A DNA stretch of 64,000 bases, from the NCBI GenBank assembly GCA_964247055.1, contig OZ176051.1, forward strand, positions 9,238,001-9,302,000, read 5' to 3'. Source of the DNA: Paragordius varius (taxonomy: Eukaryota > Animalia > Nematomorpha). Below, in pieces: positions 21,640 through 35,191 of the stretch (position 1 is the first letter of the stretch; each line of letters opens with the position of its first letter). The position numbers and the translations under genes were made by a program. The notes beneath the pieces are model-generated. The model saw only the letters and a list, made by a program, of their open reading frames with translations. It did no database searches and had not been told where the DNA came from.

Positions 21640-24380
21640 CAGGGGTGGCCACACATTTTTTGTCGCGAGCTTTTTTTTTGGCTTTTTTGTTAAAAAAAGA
21701 GTTCGCGGTCACCCAGAAATATTTATCAAAAAAACTCAATCAACACTTTAAATGATGTATATACCTGCTTTACAGATTAGAGTGACTTGTTTAAATCATT
21801 TTAAAATTGTAATTTTTTTATCTATCAACCAAATACAAAAATAATTTTAATTAAAAGACAACGGGTTATTAACTACCTTAATTTTTTAACCAACTTAAAA
21901 CACTTCAAAATATTTATTTATTAAATTTCTATTATATAAAATTTTACAATATAAAAATTTAAACAATGCATTTGAAATTACAGGGGAGAATACATTATGA
22001 TACAAAAAATAAAAGAAATAAAAATTAGCATTCCAATTTAGAACCATAATTTGAACATAAATAAGAGTACATTAAAATTGTATCAGTTTTAATTCTATCC
22101 ACATATTTTTTAGTAAATCGGATTTTTCCTAAGCGAAAATACAACTCGATAAACATCCATATTTAATAAAGAAAAAAATATTTAAAACGCCCGACTGCGA
22201 AAAAATTCAGAAAGTTTATCTAAATTAGGTTCAAATGAAGTCAAAGCAATTCTCAAACATGATTCTAAATGTTTATTAGTTAATTGTGATCTCTGTTTAG
22301 TTTTGATAGCATTCATATTTGAAAAAGCTGATTCACATAAATATGTGGATCCAAAAAAAGAATTGAATAATGCAGCGGTTTTCCAAATATGGGGGTATTT
22401 ATCTTTATTTATAAATTTATATATATCTGATCCTAATGATTTTAGATGGATATCGCATTTAACATTTATTAATTCCTCTTCCAACTCTGCTAAATTTGGT
22501 ACACCAAGAAAGTGGCTGAGTTTTTGAGCAATATATTCAACATTATTATTATTATTAAATGGGCATGGTAAAAAAATAGCGATGTCTTCAAGTTTATTTA
22601 TAGATGAAAATCGTTTTTCAAAATAATTAATAAGCAGACCAATATCATCTGCATATTTTTCAAAAGAGAGATTCTCTATTTTTTCAGACACCGCTGCCAG
22701 ATTAAAAAAATGTTTTAAATCTCGGTTTTTTAATTATGTTTCTACTACTGTTAGTGTTTCCTTAAAAGATTTTAAAGCACCCATCATATCCATTATTGTT
22801 TTATCTTTTCCTTGTAATTGGATGTTTAATTTATGCAATTTTTCCGTGATCTCGCATAAAAATGCAAGATCAAGCATCCAATCTTGATCTTTCAATTCAG
22901 AGTATGAAAATTTAGAATTCTCTAAAAAAATTTCTATTTGTGGTAAAAGTTGCCTAAATCTAATTAAAAATGCGGCACGACTCAGCCACCTTACATCAGT
23001 ATGTAATAAAAGTTCTCCATATTCCACGCCGCACTCATTTAACAAAATTCGAAATTGGCGGCGGGACAAGCTTTTTGTTCGAATGGTGTTAACAATTTTA
23101 AAACAGGGGTTCATTACATGATGGTATTTTGAAACTTTTGAACATAAAACTTGATTATGGATTATACAATGGTAATCAATGAACTTGGGAAATGCACTGT
23201 GATTTTTACATAAAGCGATAAAGCCGTTGTTAACGCCAATCATAGCTGGAGCTCCATCAGTAGTTATAGATGCGAGTTTTACGATGGGAAGTTTCGTATC
23301 TGTGATAAATTTATAAAAAGAATCAAAAATATCCTGCCCTCTGGTTCGTTCGTGGAGAGGTATTATAGTTAATAATTCCTCCTTTGCAGATAAATCACTA
23401 AATATCATACGAATAAAAATGAATAATTGGGCGATTCCAACATAATCGGTGGACTCATCGAGTTGCAAGGAAAAAAAATACAGTTATTAATATTTTCATG
23501 TAAAATTTCATCAAGATTATTACTAATATCTTCAGCCCTGCGCATAACGGTATTTCTCGATAAGCTTATGCTTTTAATAGCTGTCATAATATTATTTTTG
23601 TTATCAAAATTTTCAAATAAAATATCACAAGCGCTAATAAAGGCTTCTTTAAATATTTCACCATCTTGGAATGGCTTATTGTTTCGAATGAGTATTTCCG
23701 CTACCTTGAATGAAGCAATCGTAGCATTTTTATACTCTTTGTTGTATTTAAGTATGCTATTTTGTGAGGCGGATAATTGTTCTTTTAATTCCTTTACTTT
23801 AATGTTGCGTTCTTGAGTTTGTAAGGGGTAGTTTTTGGAGTAATGTGGATGCAGAGATCTATAATGTCTTTCAATATTTGACTTTTTGGGCAAAGCAACA
23901 GTACTATTGCATATTAGACAGGTGCATGTTTCATTTATCATAATAAAAAAGTATTCATGCTCCCAATCTTTCTTGTATCTGTACAACTTTTTTTGGCTCA
24001 TTCTAAAATATAAGTTTTAAAAACCTACTTTTGGTGTATCAAATCAAATCTAACTTCACGATTATGCTTCTGATTTATGAATAAGCTTTGCTCAAAGTTT
24101 TGATATATTCAAGGGAAATGACTGATTTTAAATTTTAATGCAAATGCTCCAAAACATATGAATTATAATTTATAAAATAATTTTTTTACACCCTTTTCTT
24201 AGACGTTTTTTTTTAATTTAAACCGTATTTTTTTGTATTTTAAATTTAAATTCGCTCAGAAGTAGCCAACTATCCGAAAAAAATCAATAAAATTTTTTTA
24301 AAAAAAATATTTTCAGGCGGTCACTTTTTGAATTGTCGCGGTCACGAAAGTGACCGCGGTCACCTCGTTGGCCACCCCTG
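21640..24380 (-). mobile_element. Near-intact Buster/Charlie-type hAT transposon (SPIN/GTF2IRD2-like transposase)
   Basis: TIRs CAGGGGTGGCCA / TGGCCACCCCTG; perfect 8-bp TSD ATATATAT (nnnTAnnn); 2741 bp. Confidence 0.95.
22182..24001 (-). pseudogene. hAT-Buster transposase (~600 aa) with one frameshift and one in-frame stop
   Basis: Three ORFs join up: BED-like CLIC...NIERHY; LDESTD, SITTDGAPAM, HCIIH, VRWLSR (DDE); FGSTYLCESAFS.M..IK...RS.LT (dimerisation). Frameshift in a T8 run at ~23470; TAA at 22734-22736, after which the frame continues (LKNRDLKHF...). Confidence 0.92.
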
Positions 24381-25985
24381 ATATATATCAACATGAATGG
24401 AAAAATTTGTTCGCAAATGTGAAAACATCCCCAGGTGTTAATTACGGCTCGGATAATTCCTTGAATGCCAAAATTAAACTAAATGTCAACAATAAAAACA
24501 AAAATATATCAATAATAACTATGTGAAATTGCCACTATAATTGAACTAAATAACTGCTTTGCATAACTTGAATTCAATGATTTCGACACCAATGACTGTT
24601 AGAATTATATAAAAACAAAATTCGAAATTATTTCGCAAAAAGGAGATTATAACAAATTGAATAAAGAGTTTTCTACCAAACAAAAATTGATATAAACGCA
24701 TATTACGATAATCTTTGTAATGAGATTGAAACTAAAAATTATAAAAGGTATAAATATTTTCCCCTCAGTCTAACAAATCGTTGCAACTAAAATACTTGAT
24801 ATGGGATGTAAATTACTGAAAAAGACAATATAAGTAATAGATGAAAACAAAATTTTACAATGGCCTAAACGTTAGGCAATCTTTCAAAAAACTCCGCATA
24901 GATGAACCACCCATCCTAGAAAGTGAGCTCCTAAATGCAATCGAATCCCTTCCTCGAAACAAAGCCTTTGGATTTGACGACATCATAGAAATACTATATT
25001 GTATTTCTATAAAAACACATACATTGCTTATCAAAAAGTATTAAATTCAGCATTTGGCCAATCAAATTAAACAAATCTATATCCGATTCACAAAGAGGCA
25101 ACCCTAAAGTATGCAACAAATTCCCAACAATAGTGCCTATACGCAGGCAAAAATATTATTAAATATATTGTATTTTAAAATATTATTTCAAGTTGATAAA
25201 AACAACTCACAATATGAAGCCGGTTTTTAAAAGGGAAGGCTGCAGAGATCTCATCTGCAACTCAGGTTTATTAGTAAAAATTGAATACCCAACCAATATA
25301 TCTGTGTTTTATTTACACAAAAATTTTGACATCTTATTCACAACACATTATGGGAAGCCTTGGAAAAAAGTGGCACAACACCTTCTCTCTCTACAATAAT
25401 AAAATATACAGCAATAGCTGAAGCCTGTATTCAAACAGCACACGGTACCTTTATAGGTTTCCTACAAACAGGGGCACTCGTCAAGGGTGCTTCCTTTCAT
25501 CACTGTTATTCAATATCACCGAGAATATCTGGTATAAATAAGATAATCATAATTTGGCCTAGAAGTAGGCGAAGAAATAATAAATCTCAAATGCGCTGAC
25601 GATACCGTACTCGCTGGTACACAAAACGATTTACAACGGCTCCTCAAAATGTTACATCTTGAGAGACAACGTCATGGCCTTGAAATTAACTTGGAAAAAC
25701 TAGTCAAAAACGTTAATTGCCTAACTAAAATGAATGAACATTGCTAAGAAAATTTAGACAACTACATATATTAAGGAGTGAATTAAAAACAAAAATCATA
25801 AATCTCCTAATAAACAGACATATAACCAAGGCTAAAACAAAATCATATCACGATATATGATCCTCATTAAAACCAAAACCACCACTATAAATCTTAAATT
25901 GCTCTGGGATATAAAACTACCCCAAAGATTTGTAAATTGTTAAAACATAATATATACATATTGCGTATTCATTCATACATTAACC

Positions 25986-28900
25986 ATGAGTGGAAAGGTT
26001 TGTTTTTCCATTTTATTTTAGAGAGGAAAATCTAATTCAGACACCTCTACGACGGAAAGCGATGAGGTTGGATTATAATAAAAATTTAGTGGGGTAAAAG
26101 TAAAAAGAATAAGGTTTCGAAAAAGAGGCAAAAAATGGCTACTAAATCAGGTTTAAATTTAATAACTTAATAGTCGTTCAAAATGCATTGAGCTCTGATA
26201 CCGATTCTGGATCTGATACATTCGATGATGGCTATGATGAAAATTTAATCGGAGATGAAGATGATAGAATAAAGTTAGAAGCTATGACTGAAAAAGAACG
26301 CGAACAAGAAATATTTAACCGATTAGAGCGCCGAGAAGTCCTAAAAGCAAGGTTTGTTTTTTATTAGTTTTCCAAACCCTTTTCCTATTTTAAACTTTGG
26401 TTATATGATTATTATCAGATATGAGATTGAAAAGCGTCTTAAAAAGGTGGGAAAAATGAAAGAAACGGAGCGTTTGGCATTACTAAATAGTAATAACAAT
26501 AAGAAAAATGCAAAGTCCACTGATAAAGTTTATTCGACGTCAAATTCTGATGATGATGATGATGAAGGCAAGGAAGCTACAAAAGTCAAATTAAAAACTC
26601 TAAGTTCTGACGAACAAAGTTTAAATGACGATGAGACAGCCAAAGGTTTTGTTATTTTTTGAATTTATTTAAATATTATTTATATTATTATAGGAACTGT
26701 TGTCCGCAGCTCTATGCGCCGAGCTCAAGCCGATAGTAACAAACAGCAAAGCCGTATCCATCAAGCCATATCAGACCTTAAAGCCAAGCGTGAGGAAAAG
26801 AAAAATAAAACGTTAAATTCCAATTTGTCTTCCGGTAATTTATCCAATAAAATGCATTCATAGCTGGAACCGCTTATAAAACTAACCATTTAAAATTTTT
26901 ACTTATCCCTTGATATAACAAAACTACCAAATATAGGTTCTGAAATGTTAGATTTCGGGTACAATTGGTCGAAATTGTTTTAATATATATATATATATAT
27001 ATAATATATACATTGTGTGAAAAAAAATTTAACAAAAATTTTTTTTGATGAGATAGCCTATGACCAGTAAGTTCATTTGTCGTAAAATTTTTTATTTGTT
27101 TACGACCTAGTTTTTGAAATATTGAGAGAAAATCGAAATTGGGGAAAAAGTGAAAATTAAGGATAATTCAAAAATAATGATAAATGTTGAGATAATAAGG
27201 TCGATTATCATTTTCAGAGATATATTCTATATATAAATAGCCTAAATAGGGTGTCTATAAAATCTCAGTTCAAAAGATGGCGTTTTTTTAACAGATTTAT
27301 AAGTCAAAAAAAATTTTATGAAACTATATATTTTTTATTTATCTAGCTAAACTCACTATTAGAATCTTAACATTCATATTTTATTCAGTAAAAAAAACTT
27401 CTATAATAAAATATAATTAAAAAATATTGTTCTTTATTTTTTGTCTGGGTTATGAGCGTATAAATTTATACTGCTTTGGAATCTTAGATGAGTGAGAGTT
27501 ATAAACTATATAATTTTTGCAAAATAGGATTTAAAAGTAGTGGAATGTCAACCAACTATCCGTGCAAATACCAATAAAAATATTAATTTGTTTTAAAAAA
27601 AACCTGTTACAGGGATTTTTACGGATTGTTGATTGATAATCCATAACTTATCCTATTTTGCATGAATTATATAGCTTATGATTCCAATTCTTGTAAGAGT
27701 CCAAAATAAAACAGTATAAATTTTTTACACACTCATAAACCAGATGACAAAAAAATGAAAAAATAAAAAACAACACTTTTTGTTTTTATTTTGATATATA
27801 AGTTTTTTTTACTGAATAAAATATGATTAAGATTTTAATGGTGAGTTTAGCTGGTAAATAATTAAAAAAAAATATTTTAATATAGTTTCATAAAAAAAAA
27901 TTTGTCTTTTAAGTGTGTTAAAAGAAAATCGCCATCCTTTGAGCTGAGATTTATAGAAACCCTATCTATATGATTTTAGACTTTTTATATATAGAAATAT
28001 CTCCTAAAATGATAACAAACCATATTATCTTAGATTTATCATTATTTTTTGATTATCCTTAATTATTATTAATTTTAACCTTTTGCTGATTTTGATTTTC
28101 GCTTAATATTCTAAAAACTAGGTCGTCAACAAAAAAAATTTTTGCGGCAAATGAATTTACTGGTCATAAGCTATATTACGAAAAAAAAATTGTTTTGTTA
28201 AAAAAATTTGCACACAGTATATATATATATAAATATATATTATCAATTGATGTTTTACGACTGCATTTATGAGCCCTTAATTTAATTATAGTTTTGTGAT
28301 TTTAAACATTTAGTCATCTTTTAACATAAATGCGTCCAGAATTTTTTTGAAAAGGCTGATTATTAATTCGTAATGATTTACTACGCATGTTTGTTTATTT
28401 TAAATATCATCAATCAATTTGTGCTCCACTTAGGCATGACATTTAAATTTTTCTTGATCTTACAAAAACTATATTTGTATGAAATTATAATTGTTTTAAC
28501 CCTTTAAGATGCTCAACAAAATCAAAGTACTGCAGCTTTTTTAAAATCGAAAAATGATATCTACACCGATGATGACGATGATGAAGACTATGACAACGGA
28601 AATAATAATAATAATTTCGAGGGGACAACCCGTAAAGATAAAGGAGATATTGATAAAAGTACAACAATCCTTAATGCAAAACATCCATCAGGTATAATTA
28701 ACTGAGAATCTATTATATGTTTCTTCTTTTAAGTTACATGTAGTTTGAATTTATGGCTCAAAAATTATGTTCTAAATATTCCCATCTCAACTTTTAAAAT
28801 ATGAGTTTCAATTCAGCTCAGGTTAATTTAGTCGGTTCATTCATAAAAACTTCAGGCCTAAGCCTTGTTGATGTAACCCATCATTTTTTATTATTATTTT

Positions 28901-31900
28901 TTATAACATGCGCCTATTTTTCTCTAAACAGTTTTGAATCGGTCATCAAGCTCAGACGAAGAATCTACATCCAGTGATGAAGAATATGGGTAAGTCTAAT
29001 TTATCTATTAAAATTTTAAAACTTAGCCAAATATAGGGTGGGGGAATAAAAAATTTTTTTTGACTTGACTTGCAAGTTTTTTAAGTCATGGCTTGCTTTC
29101 ATGTGATAAAAACATTTTATCAGACGACCTATGTCAAGCAAGAAAACTTTATTCGGAGGTGATAAACAATCATTCAAGTTTGGTGTAGGGCACACTTGAC
29201 AGATTTGAAATATGGATAAAATTATTTTGGAAACTTGTATAAAATTTAGGTTTAAATGTAATTTAAACCTATGTTAATGCTATAAGCTGTTTATTTGATA
29301 ATTTTTGGCTAATTAACATATTCAAATTGGGTTGATACAAAATGGGATAAATTTTTAGAAAAACTCTACTAATATTTAAGAACAATGCATATTAAATATG
29401 CTAAATTTATTAATTCCGTGAACCTAAAAAAATTTGTTTATCGGAAGTATGTTAATATTAATAAATAACTATTAAGCTTGTTTAAAATTTTCAAATCTTC
29501 GTTTTACATAAAATGATGAACGCTGAAGGCTTCACCATTAAAACATGTAAAGAGTTTATTTCATCATAAATTTTCAAATGTAATATTGATAACCAATTAA
29601 AAATAATAATATATTATATTGTATAAACATCTTCCCATTATATGTACAAATGGACTCCTAACAAAATAAGTTGTGTGGAAAATAATAAGAGAGTGTTTTA
29701 CGGGCTTATGGTTTCATTACCCAAAAAAATTTAGTTTTCGGGCTCAATATTTAGGAAAATTTATGATTATATTAAATAAGATACGTGTCATTGAGTTTGA
29801 AAACAATAAATACATATTGTATTGATTGTTTATCTTTTTGTGCCTTATTTCATAAATTTTGGCTGAAAATTATCCAAATAATTTCCGTAAATTCAATGTG
29901 ACAAAAATTTTTACATTTATAAGCAAAAGACTTGACTTAAGTGTTTTTTTTATCATCGATTTTCAAGTTTACACTTGTTGGCTTAAGTAAACTTGCTCAA
30001 CTTGCCACGCTTGACTTACAAGTCACGTGCGACTTTTTATCACCTCACCCATGCGAATGAAGACTAGAGAGGTTAACATATGTACTCTTATGTTTACTTA
30101 CATTTTCAGTATTATCATTAAGGCTTAACAGTTATCGCGCCCAAATTGTAGTATTTGACCAATTTAATTTTGATAATTGTTTGACAGAAAACATATATTT
30201 TTGTAACTTTTTTTTGAATCCTCCTATAATATATGTCTGGTCATTAAATAGGAAAAAGGGGAAAAAGATTGCTCCACCCATTCCAATCACACAACGTGAA
30301 CAACTCAGTCGGATACGTTTATCAAGGAATAAATTGGAAAAGTATATTGAGATATGCAAAAAAAATTGAAATATGGAAACAAAATACAAATATTTTTTAT
30401 ACAAAAACTACATTTTTTTACATTTCCATGATTTTTTTACAATAATCATCATGTTGTTTGGAATTAACGAATAGTTAATGAAATAATTGCCACTTATATA
30501 TCAAACGTACTCATTTATGTTAAATAGGAAGATTAAATATAATTAAATATGGTTTTTTTCTAAGATAAAATCTCTTTTTTTTACTTTCATATTTTATTTT
30601 ATAAAAATAGATGGGTTCACATGCCTTTTTTCGCTAAAACTGTTGTGGGGTGTTTTTTGCGTTTGGGAATTGGACAACATGATGGTCGGCCTATTTATCG
30701 AGTATTTTAAATTTTATTTTATACTTAAAATTTTCGGAACACTAGGTCATTCTTCAATTTTAAAGGTATTTTGAAATTTTTTGCTCTAAAACAAGAAATC
30801 GGAATGGAATTTTCGACTCGTCGAGAATTTAAATCAATTAAAAAATATTTTAATAGTGTTTAATTAATGAAGATAAAGTTACATTAAATGGTATATTTCT
30901 GTTGAATACTGAGTTTGGTTATTATTTTGCGTTTATTCTTATCTAAAAGCGTGTCCTTATGAACAGACTAAGCATAGGCAAGCCAAATTATTACTTTTAT
31001 AAGATGAAAAATATGGTTTGAAAGTTAATAGATATAAATTCTAATAAACATATGGTACCATATTTAGTAGTGACTATTTATTTTAGCTTTTCTAATATTA
31101 TCGATTTATTACTAGTTATGGCCACACTTTCTTTTTGGTTTACCAAAATATTTCTTAACTTTTATTAAAGAAATATTTTAATTAGTATTGTATTGTTTTC
31201 ATACATATATTCTATAGATTGTCGAAATTTTGGAAGTTCAGGAAACATCCAAAATTTATCAATTAGGATCGACTCGCACTAATAAAGGATTACGCGTTAG
31301 GTAGATTTTATTAATAGCTTTTGTTTATACCATACTAAATTTACCATCATTTTCATTGTTCTAATATAATTTTCATCAGTTTTATTATTAATTTATTGAT
31401 GACATTTTGCTAGATACAATTATCTTTTTTAAATTAAATGAAATTTTAAAAATTATTGTTTCCCAATAAATCATGAGTAAATCATTTATAATATTTGCAG
31501 ACATGGTTCAGATTCTAGGGTATTTCGACTAGAATTTGTTTCCAACAGCGATTTTACGGACTCTGAATTCACTAAATGGCTGGATGCTATGCAAAAAGCT
31601 TGTTTACCTTTACCTTCCACCATTAACGTTGAGAACAAAGTTCGAGATATAAAGGCTGCCCTTGACTACAATTTTAAGGACGAGGATATTGAACAAGTAT
31701 TTTTTGAATAACAAATATTGAAAAGTTGTATAAAATCAATCTACTGTTAAAAATTATTATTCTTTATTTGATTTTAACATTAGTATTTGGTTTGTTAAAT
31801 ATAATATGGATTGCATTTTTTATGTTTTTAGTAAAAAATACATAATTTAATTCGATGTATTCTATTATTTAATTACATACATTTGAAAAGATTGTCAACG

Positions 31901-34900
31901 AAAAATTGCGTTTCAAGAAAACACCCCATAACTATGCTATGCGAAAAAGTCTTTTACTCAAAGCTAAAGTAATGTTTTAATTAATATATATCTATCTATC
32001 AATATATATATATATATATATGAGCATATGAAATGAGATACGAATTTTTTTATGTATGGGACGAAAATCTAGTTACGAATAATTACACATTGCTTTAACT
32101 ATACTAATATGAATTTTTATTGGGTTTATCAGCAGTAAAAAGGGTAAAAATATAGAATACAAATATAAAGAATGATAAAACTAACACTTAAGCATACATA
32201 TATATATATATATATACAAACGTAAATGATTTATAAACCTATCAAAAAACATAAAATACTACTTAATATTTGGATATATTCTGCAATAAAAAGTAATGAA
32301 AAATTGGTGATTTATATCTATTTTGCCAAAATTGTGATTATGTTAGGAAGAGGCCGATATGTTGGGAGATGTTGAACGCATTCGTGAAATTAATGAAGAA
32401 CTCCACGAACTTGAAGCCAAAGCCATGGAAATCGAACGTTTACGGTCGGGTAGTCTTAATGCCATTAGGTATTATCCAACAGCTGTTACATTATAAAGAT
32501 TAAACTTATAAACAAGATAATTAACATATTATCAAATCTCTTATTTTAATTTATATAAGATATATCGCGCTTTGATTTGCAAAAAAAGGAAGGAATATAG
32601 ATGTTAATTGTATCATAACATAATATAATTTTACAGTGTAATCATTATGATTATATATAAATCAAAGGAAGGCTCTCCTTATCAAAAAATTTGTGTTTTA
32701 TTTTTTCTGTAACTGCAATTTTTGCTATAATAAATCGGTTGCGTTTTTTTGCTCATAAATGCATTCTTAACCGCGATATAAAAATATTAAAATCGTTCGA
32801 AAATATGTTTAGAACGTGAATTAAAATAACATAACCATAAAATATACTTTAAAATTTATATATTATTATTTGTTATTAACAATTTTTCATTTAATTGGTT
32901 ATTTTATTGCTTAGCTAGATTCGCCTTAGTTAAAATTCGAACCAAATATAAATATCAATTAACAGTTTTGTAGCGGAATTCACACAGTTATTTTTCATAA
33001 TATGTTCTAGTTACATCAATCAAAGAAACCGAAAACAAAATATCATACAGGCTGAGAAGGCTATCTTAGTAATTTTTAATTTAATATTTACACTCAAATT
33101 CACTCTTGAACAATCAAAGTTTACCCCTTAACCCATATTCACCCTAAAAATATTTTGTTTAATTTTATTTCTTTATGACGTTAATTATTATTTCTGTATT
33201 AAATTTATTTTAAACCAAATCATATTTTTTTATAATATAAAAATATATGTAATTTTAATATTAACACATAACTTAGAGTGTATAAATGAGGCTGTATTTA
33301 AAATGTTCAAGGTGAATTGTTCAAGGATGAATTTTGAGTTATATATGGTCTATCATATCGTTGTACATTTGTAAAAATCTCCTTATATTTACTGTAAATA
33401 TTTTTGTATTTTTCGCACAACCCACTATATCCTAACTAAAATTTGGGTTTTTCTTTACGATTAACAGGAAGAGACCTTAAGTAGAAATCAACTGACAGAG
33501 ACTGATAATCAAGGGGGTGTTGGAAATGGCACAGATTTAAACGCAAATAATGTTTCGTTTGGTGAAGATGTATTTACGCGCAGAAAGTGTCTACCTATGA
33601 TTGTTACCAAAAAACGGTCTGAGATTATTTCATCCACCATAAAAACTAATAATATTAACACCAAAGATAATTATTCATCCAATCTTACCACTTCGACTCT
33701 GCAACACACAAGTTTAATCGCGAAAATTGGCGATGATAGTTATGAAAATGTAGATATATTGGATCCACTTATTACAACAGAACATGTAAGCATTAGTTTT
33801 ATAAATACAAAAATCTTTTAATTGGGATTATTTGCTTTGAAAACCATTGGACTGATTATAATTTTCGATATTGCAAATATTAATATTATCTTTTAATTTA
33901 TTACATTTATATCCTAAGTTACGCCACAAGATAGGTATAAAACCCCTGAATATTTTTGTCATATATTTTGGAAAAATATAAATCCAGATATTTCAAAAAA
34001 CATTATTATATTAATAAATTTTAACAAATACAGCTCACTATGATCGATGGAATATCAAATGCATTATCCCAAAGTATAAATGATACTACTGATGGTAATA
34101 TGGCCAATAATGTTAACAAATCAGATATATTGAGTAATGATCATGGTTCTACTGCACAATCAACAAATAAACCATTGGTTGTTACACCCTCCTCTCGAAA
34201 ATGGCTTGAAAAATATGGTCCTCCTCCAGCATTAACTCAGAATCTCAAAGGTTTTTCCAAATAGTTTACCTTTTATCACACATTTCCACTTTTTATTTAA
34301 TAAATTCTCTAACTCTATCATCAATTGAAGAAGTAAAAGTCCAATTTTATTGAACTCTTAAGTACTGATATTTATAAATCCTAGATTCATTTCTATCTTA
34401 ATACGGTTGGTTTTATATGGTAGACCGTTAAAACCTGTTTACTACTAGTTTGTCTTTCAAAGTTGCTGATCTTATACTAGAAAATTTTATATAATTCCAC
34501 CATTTTGTTAAAAAAATTTAATCGTATAAAACTTCTTTTAGACACACAATCCGATTTGAAAATACACAACACTACCATTGCAAATGATGCATTAACCAAA
34601 AATACGCACAGTACCAATACGTTTGGTGTAAACAATAATAATAATAATAAAAGTACTGGTTTAAAGCAAGATTTGTTTGCTGTTCATAACTTTGACATAA
34701 CGATTGATTTGGGACTTGACTTTGATAATAATACTCTAAACTCTAGCAGTAGGAATCATGCATCAACACATGGCAAACATTACAATAATGGTAAATGCCC
34801 ATTTAAACAATACAATATATTGGTAAAATAAACATTTTTAAAGACTAAACACAATTTTTTTGAAATCTATTATTTTTTTAAATAAACCATATTTCTCATA

Positions 34901-35191
34901 CTTGGTTTGTTTATATGTCGTTTGGACTGCTAAAAAAGAATGATAATTAGTACAACAATCATTTTGTTAGTGATTCATGTAAAATTATGATTATTACTGT
35001 AATATCAAATTTATAATCTGTTTTTTCTTTTAGAAGACAGTTATGAAGACGAGGAAGATTTTAGCGGGCCTAAAGATATTAATAAATGTCCATCAAATTC
35101 ATTATCTCAAAATAATGACAATATTGATAATGTCAATAAAAAAGTCACTCTTAATTTAAGTGATTATAAAAAACTTCGTGGCTTAGTTTAA
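25986..35191 (+). CDS. RTF1: RNA polymerase-associated protein RTF1 (PAF1 complex, Plus3 domain), 19 exons, ~854 aa
   Basis: Exons 25986-25997, 26022-26066, 26090-26150, 26174-26351, 26419-26645, 26694-26834, 28509-28691, 28932-28989, 30252-30341, 30611-30701, 31218-31300, 31501-31696, 31891-31968, 32347-32468, 33011-33068, 33468-33785, 34034-34250, 34542-34790, 35034-35191. Motifs: [30 protein letters not shown]; Plus3 [31 protein letters not shown]; FRLEFVSN; NYAMRK; YINQRNR; FTRRKC.P; [14 protein letters not shown]; [13 protein letters not shown]. The first exon / start codon is the least certain part. Confidence 0.93.
27011..28219. mobile_element. ~1.2-kb palindromic MITE (Chapaev/CMC-like) in RTF1 intron 6
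   Basis: cattgtgtgaaaaaaa ... tttgcacacagta, flanked by (TA)n; arms are inverted copies over ~550 bp. Confidence 0.8.
29034..30052. mobile_element. Non-autonomous DNA transposon with TAGGGTG-type termini (hAT-like) in RTF1 intron 8
   Basis: tagggtgggggaataaaaa ... tttttatcacctcaccca, with subterminal gacttgactt(g/a)caagt repeats at both ends; TSD degenerate. Confidence 0.5.

Larger units (their letters stand above)
21200..25920 (+). mobile_element. Decayed RTE-clade non-LTR retrotransposon (APE + RT), split by the hAT at 21640-24380
   Basis: APE remnants: QAYAPTSTSDE (~21335), and IDYIYI|N.EWKNLFANVKTSPG..YGSD spanning the hAT insertion site. RT remnants: EPPILESELLNAIESLPRNKAFGFDDI (~24900), GF.....CRDLICN, .QG...S..LFN, ADDTVL (~25600). 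Many stops and frameshifts; ends approximate. Confidence 0.8.

Noticed and set aside
23460-23480. Programmed ribosomal frameshift at the T8 run in the Buster transposase
   Set aside because: hAT transposases are single-frame; a homopolymer indel or sequencing error is simpler, and a separate nonsense codon exists downstream.
23427-23816. 129-aa plus-strand ORF
   Set aside because: Antisense shadow of the transposase.
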